Source of the DNA: Takakia lepidozioides
Lineage: Eukaryota; Plantae; Bryophyta
Assembly: GCA_030704615.1 (NCBI GenBank)
Contig: CM060732.1
Coordinates: 22,754,001 to 22,818,000 of the forward strand
DNA: 64,000 nucleotides
Direction of reading: 5' to 3'
The notes below the pieces were generated by a model, which saw only the letters and a program-made list of their open reading frames with translations, did no database searches and was not told where the DNA came from. The position numbers were made by a program, and so were the translations under genes. Below, in pieces: positions 62,700-64,000 of this stretch; position 1 is the stretch's first letter, and each line of letters starts with the position of its first letter.

Positions 62700-64000
62700 A
62701 TGGAGGAGATGTATGGAGCTACCAAGGGGCCTCGTAGGTACTCTGGAGCTGTGGGCACAATCGAGTTGGATGACTTTATCCAGGAGTTGACAGCTGGTGT
62801 GATTTGCAGCAGATGCGCAATCCACAGCTATTCACCCCATTCATGGCGTGGAAGGGACTGTTCCAGCATTTGGAAGGCCCGCCTATGGACGATTACCACG
62901 AGTTCAGGCGAGGACATGAAGCAGAGATTGAGGAGTGGAGGATGTATTGGTCACCTGACTACGTCTCCATTACTCGAGGCACGACGCGACCAGTAGCTGC
63001 ATCAGTACCAATAGCTCCCACTGCCAGCACTAGTAGTGGAGCAAGTAGTGCTGGTACTTCTGCAGGTGGTACCAGTTCAAAAGGTGCTACTACTCCTCCT
63101 GCCACGACTACAACACATGTGCCTAGATTCAACCCGGTGGTGGAGTTCTTCCAGGAGTTGCGGAGGAACTACCAAGGTGTACGGACAGAGAAGCTGCGAA
63201 GTTTGCAAGACTTCCAGCGCAAACCCAGTGAGAGCCTGCGAGAGGCGTACACTCGTATGAGGCGCTTGATAAGTGTGACCCAAGGGGTTACTGAAGCTCA
63301 GGCAATCCAGTTTTGGTATGGAATTCTGGACAAGGAGCTCAAGAGAAGGGTGCGAGATGCAACCCTGTTACAAGCAGCCCAACCCACATTAGCAGATGTG
63401 TTTCTGCTGGCTGAGCGGATTGAGCTCAACATGGTGGAGGAGCGAGTTGTTACAATTGGATTTGGCAAGGACATGCCTGCACGGGGCACAGCTGTCAGCC
63501 CACAGGCACAAGGGACTGCCCAACAGCGTGGTCAGGGGGGCAAGGTTGCCCAGCCCAAGTTCCATGGAGCTTACAGGGGACCTCAGGTGCAGAGGCCCGT
63601 GGCATCTTTTGCAGGCCAACAGCAACCAGGGGTGATATGTTGGACATGTGGAGGACCCCATGTCAAGAGAGATTGCCCAGAGAGTGGCAGAAGGCCGGCA
63701 CAAGCACAGCCTGCACAGTTGCAGTGTGGGCATTGTGGCAAGTATGGGCATGGAGATGCCCAGTGTTATGACTTGCATCCTGAGTTGCGCCCAGGCCAGT
63801 TCCAAGGGAACAATGGTGGCCGGGGGCGAGGTGGACCAGCCCAAAGAGGACGAGGTGGTCGGGCACGAGGTGCAGGCCAAGGGCAAGCTCCACATGGCCA
63901 AGGACGCGGAGGTCAGGGTGTTGACCAAGGCATGGCCAATCGGCTTCAGCAGCTAGAGCAGAGGCTCGCTGCCATGGCTATAGCTCAGGCGGTACCGGCT
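62700..64000 (+). pseudogene. gag: gag of the PHD-Gypsy element (frameshifts ~62790 and ~63405; runs off the window)
   Basis: FQRKPSESLREAYTRM (MHR-like), QFWYGILDKEL, knuckles CWTCGGPHVKRDC and CGHCGKYGHGDAQC read across frames. Confidence 0.8.

Overview
Eukaryotic, repeat-only window, probably from a non-seed land plant (inferred from captured plant-type gene fragments and the element types). It has a 500-N gap at 4587-5086 and no intact host gene; it is a nest of transposons. (1) At least three copies of an Athila/Tat-like Ty3/Gypsy family, with an extra ORF before gag and another after pol. (2) A second Ty3/Gypsy element with an integrase-PHD fusion, a self-priming PBS, split terminal repeats (X...Y-X-Y) and a leader made of captured gene micro-fragments; its two ends lie at 250-2880 (-) and 58698-64000 (+). 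(3) Three related Mutator-like DNA transposons: A 7152-15893 and C 48376-58510, both with 9-bp TSDs, and B ~30468-41838 with a partial duplicate at ~19803-25507. The strongest candidate for an undescribed system is this MULE family. Opposite its DDE/SWIM transposase it carries a spliced gene encoding a ParB/Srx-type (DGNHR) domain linked to a divergent beta-class N4C/N6A DNA-methyltransferase fold, and it also carries a small 'RWNCC' gene family. It is studded, including in introns, with subfamily-specific GGCGCC-centred palindromes spaced mostly at multiples of ~10.6 bp. All domain assignments are by motif recognition by eye; no database search was run.
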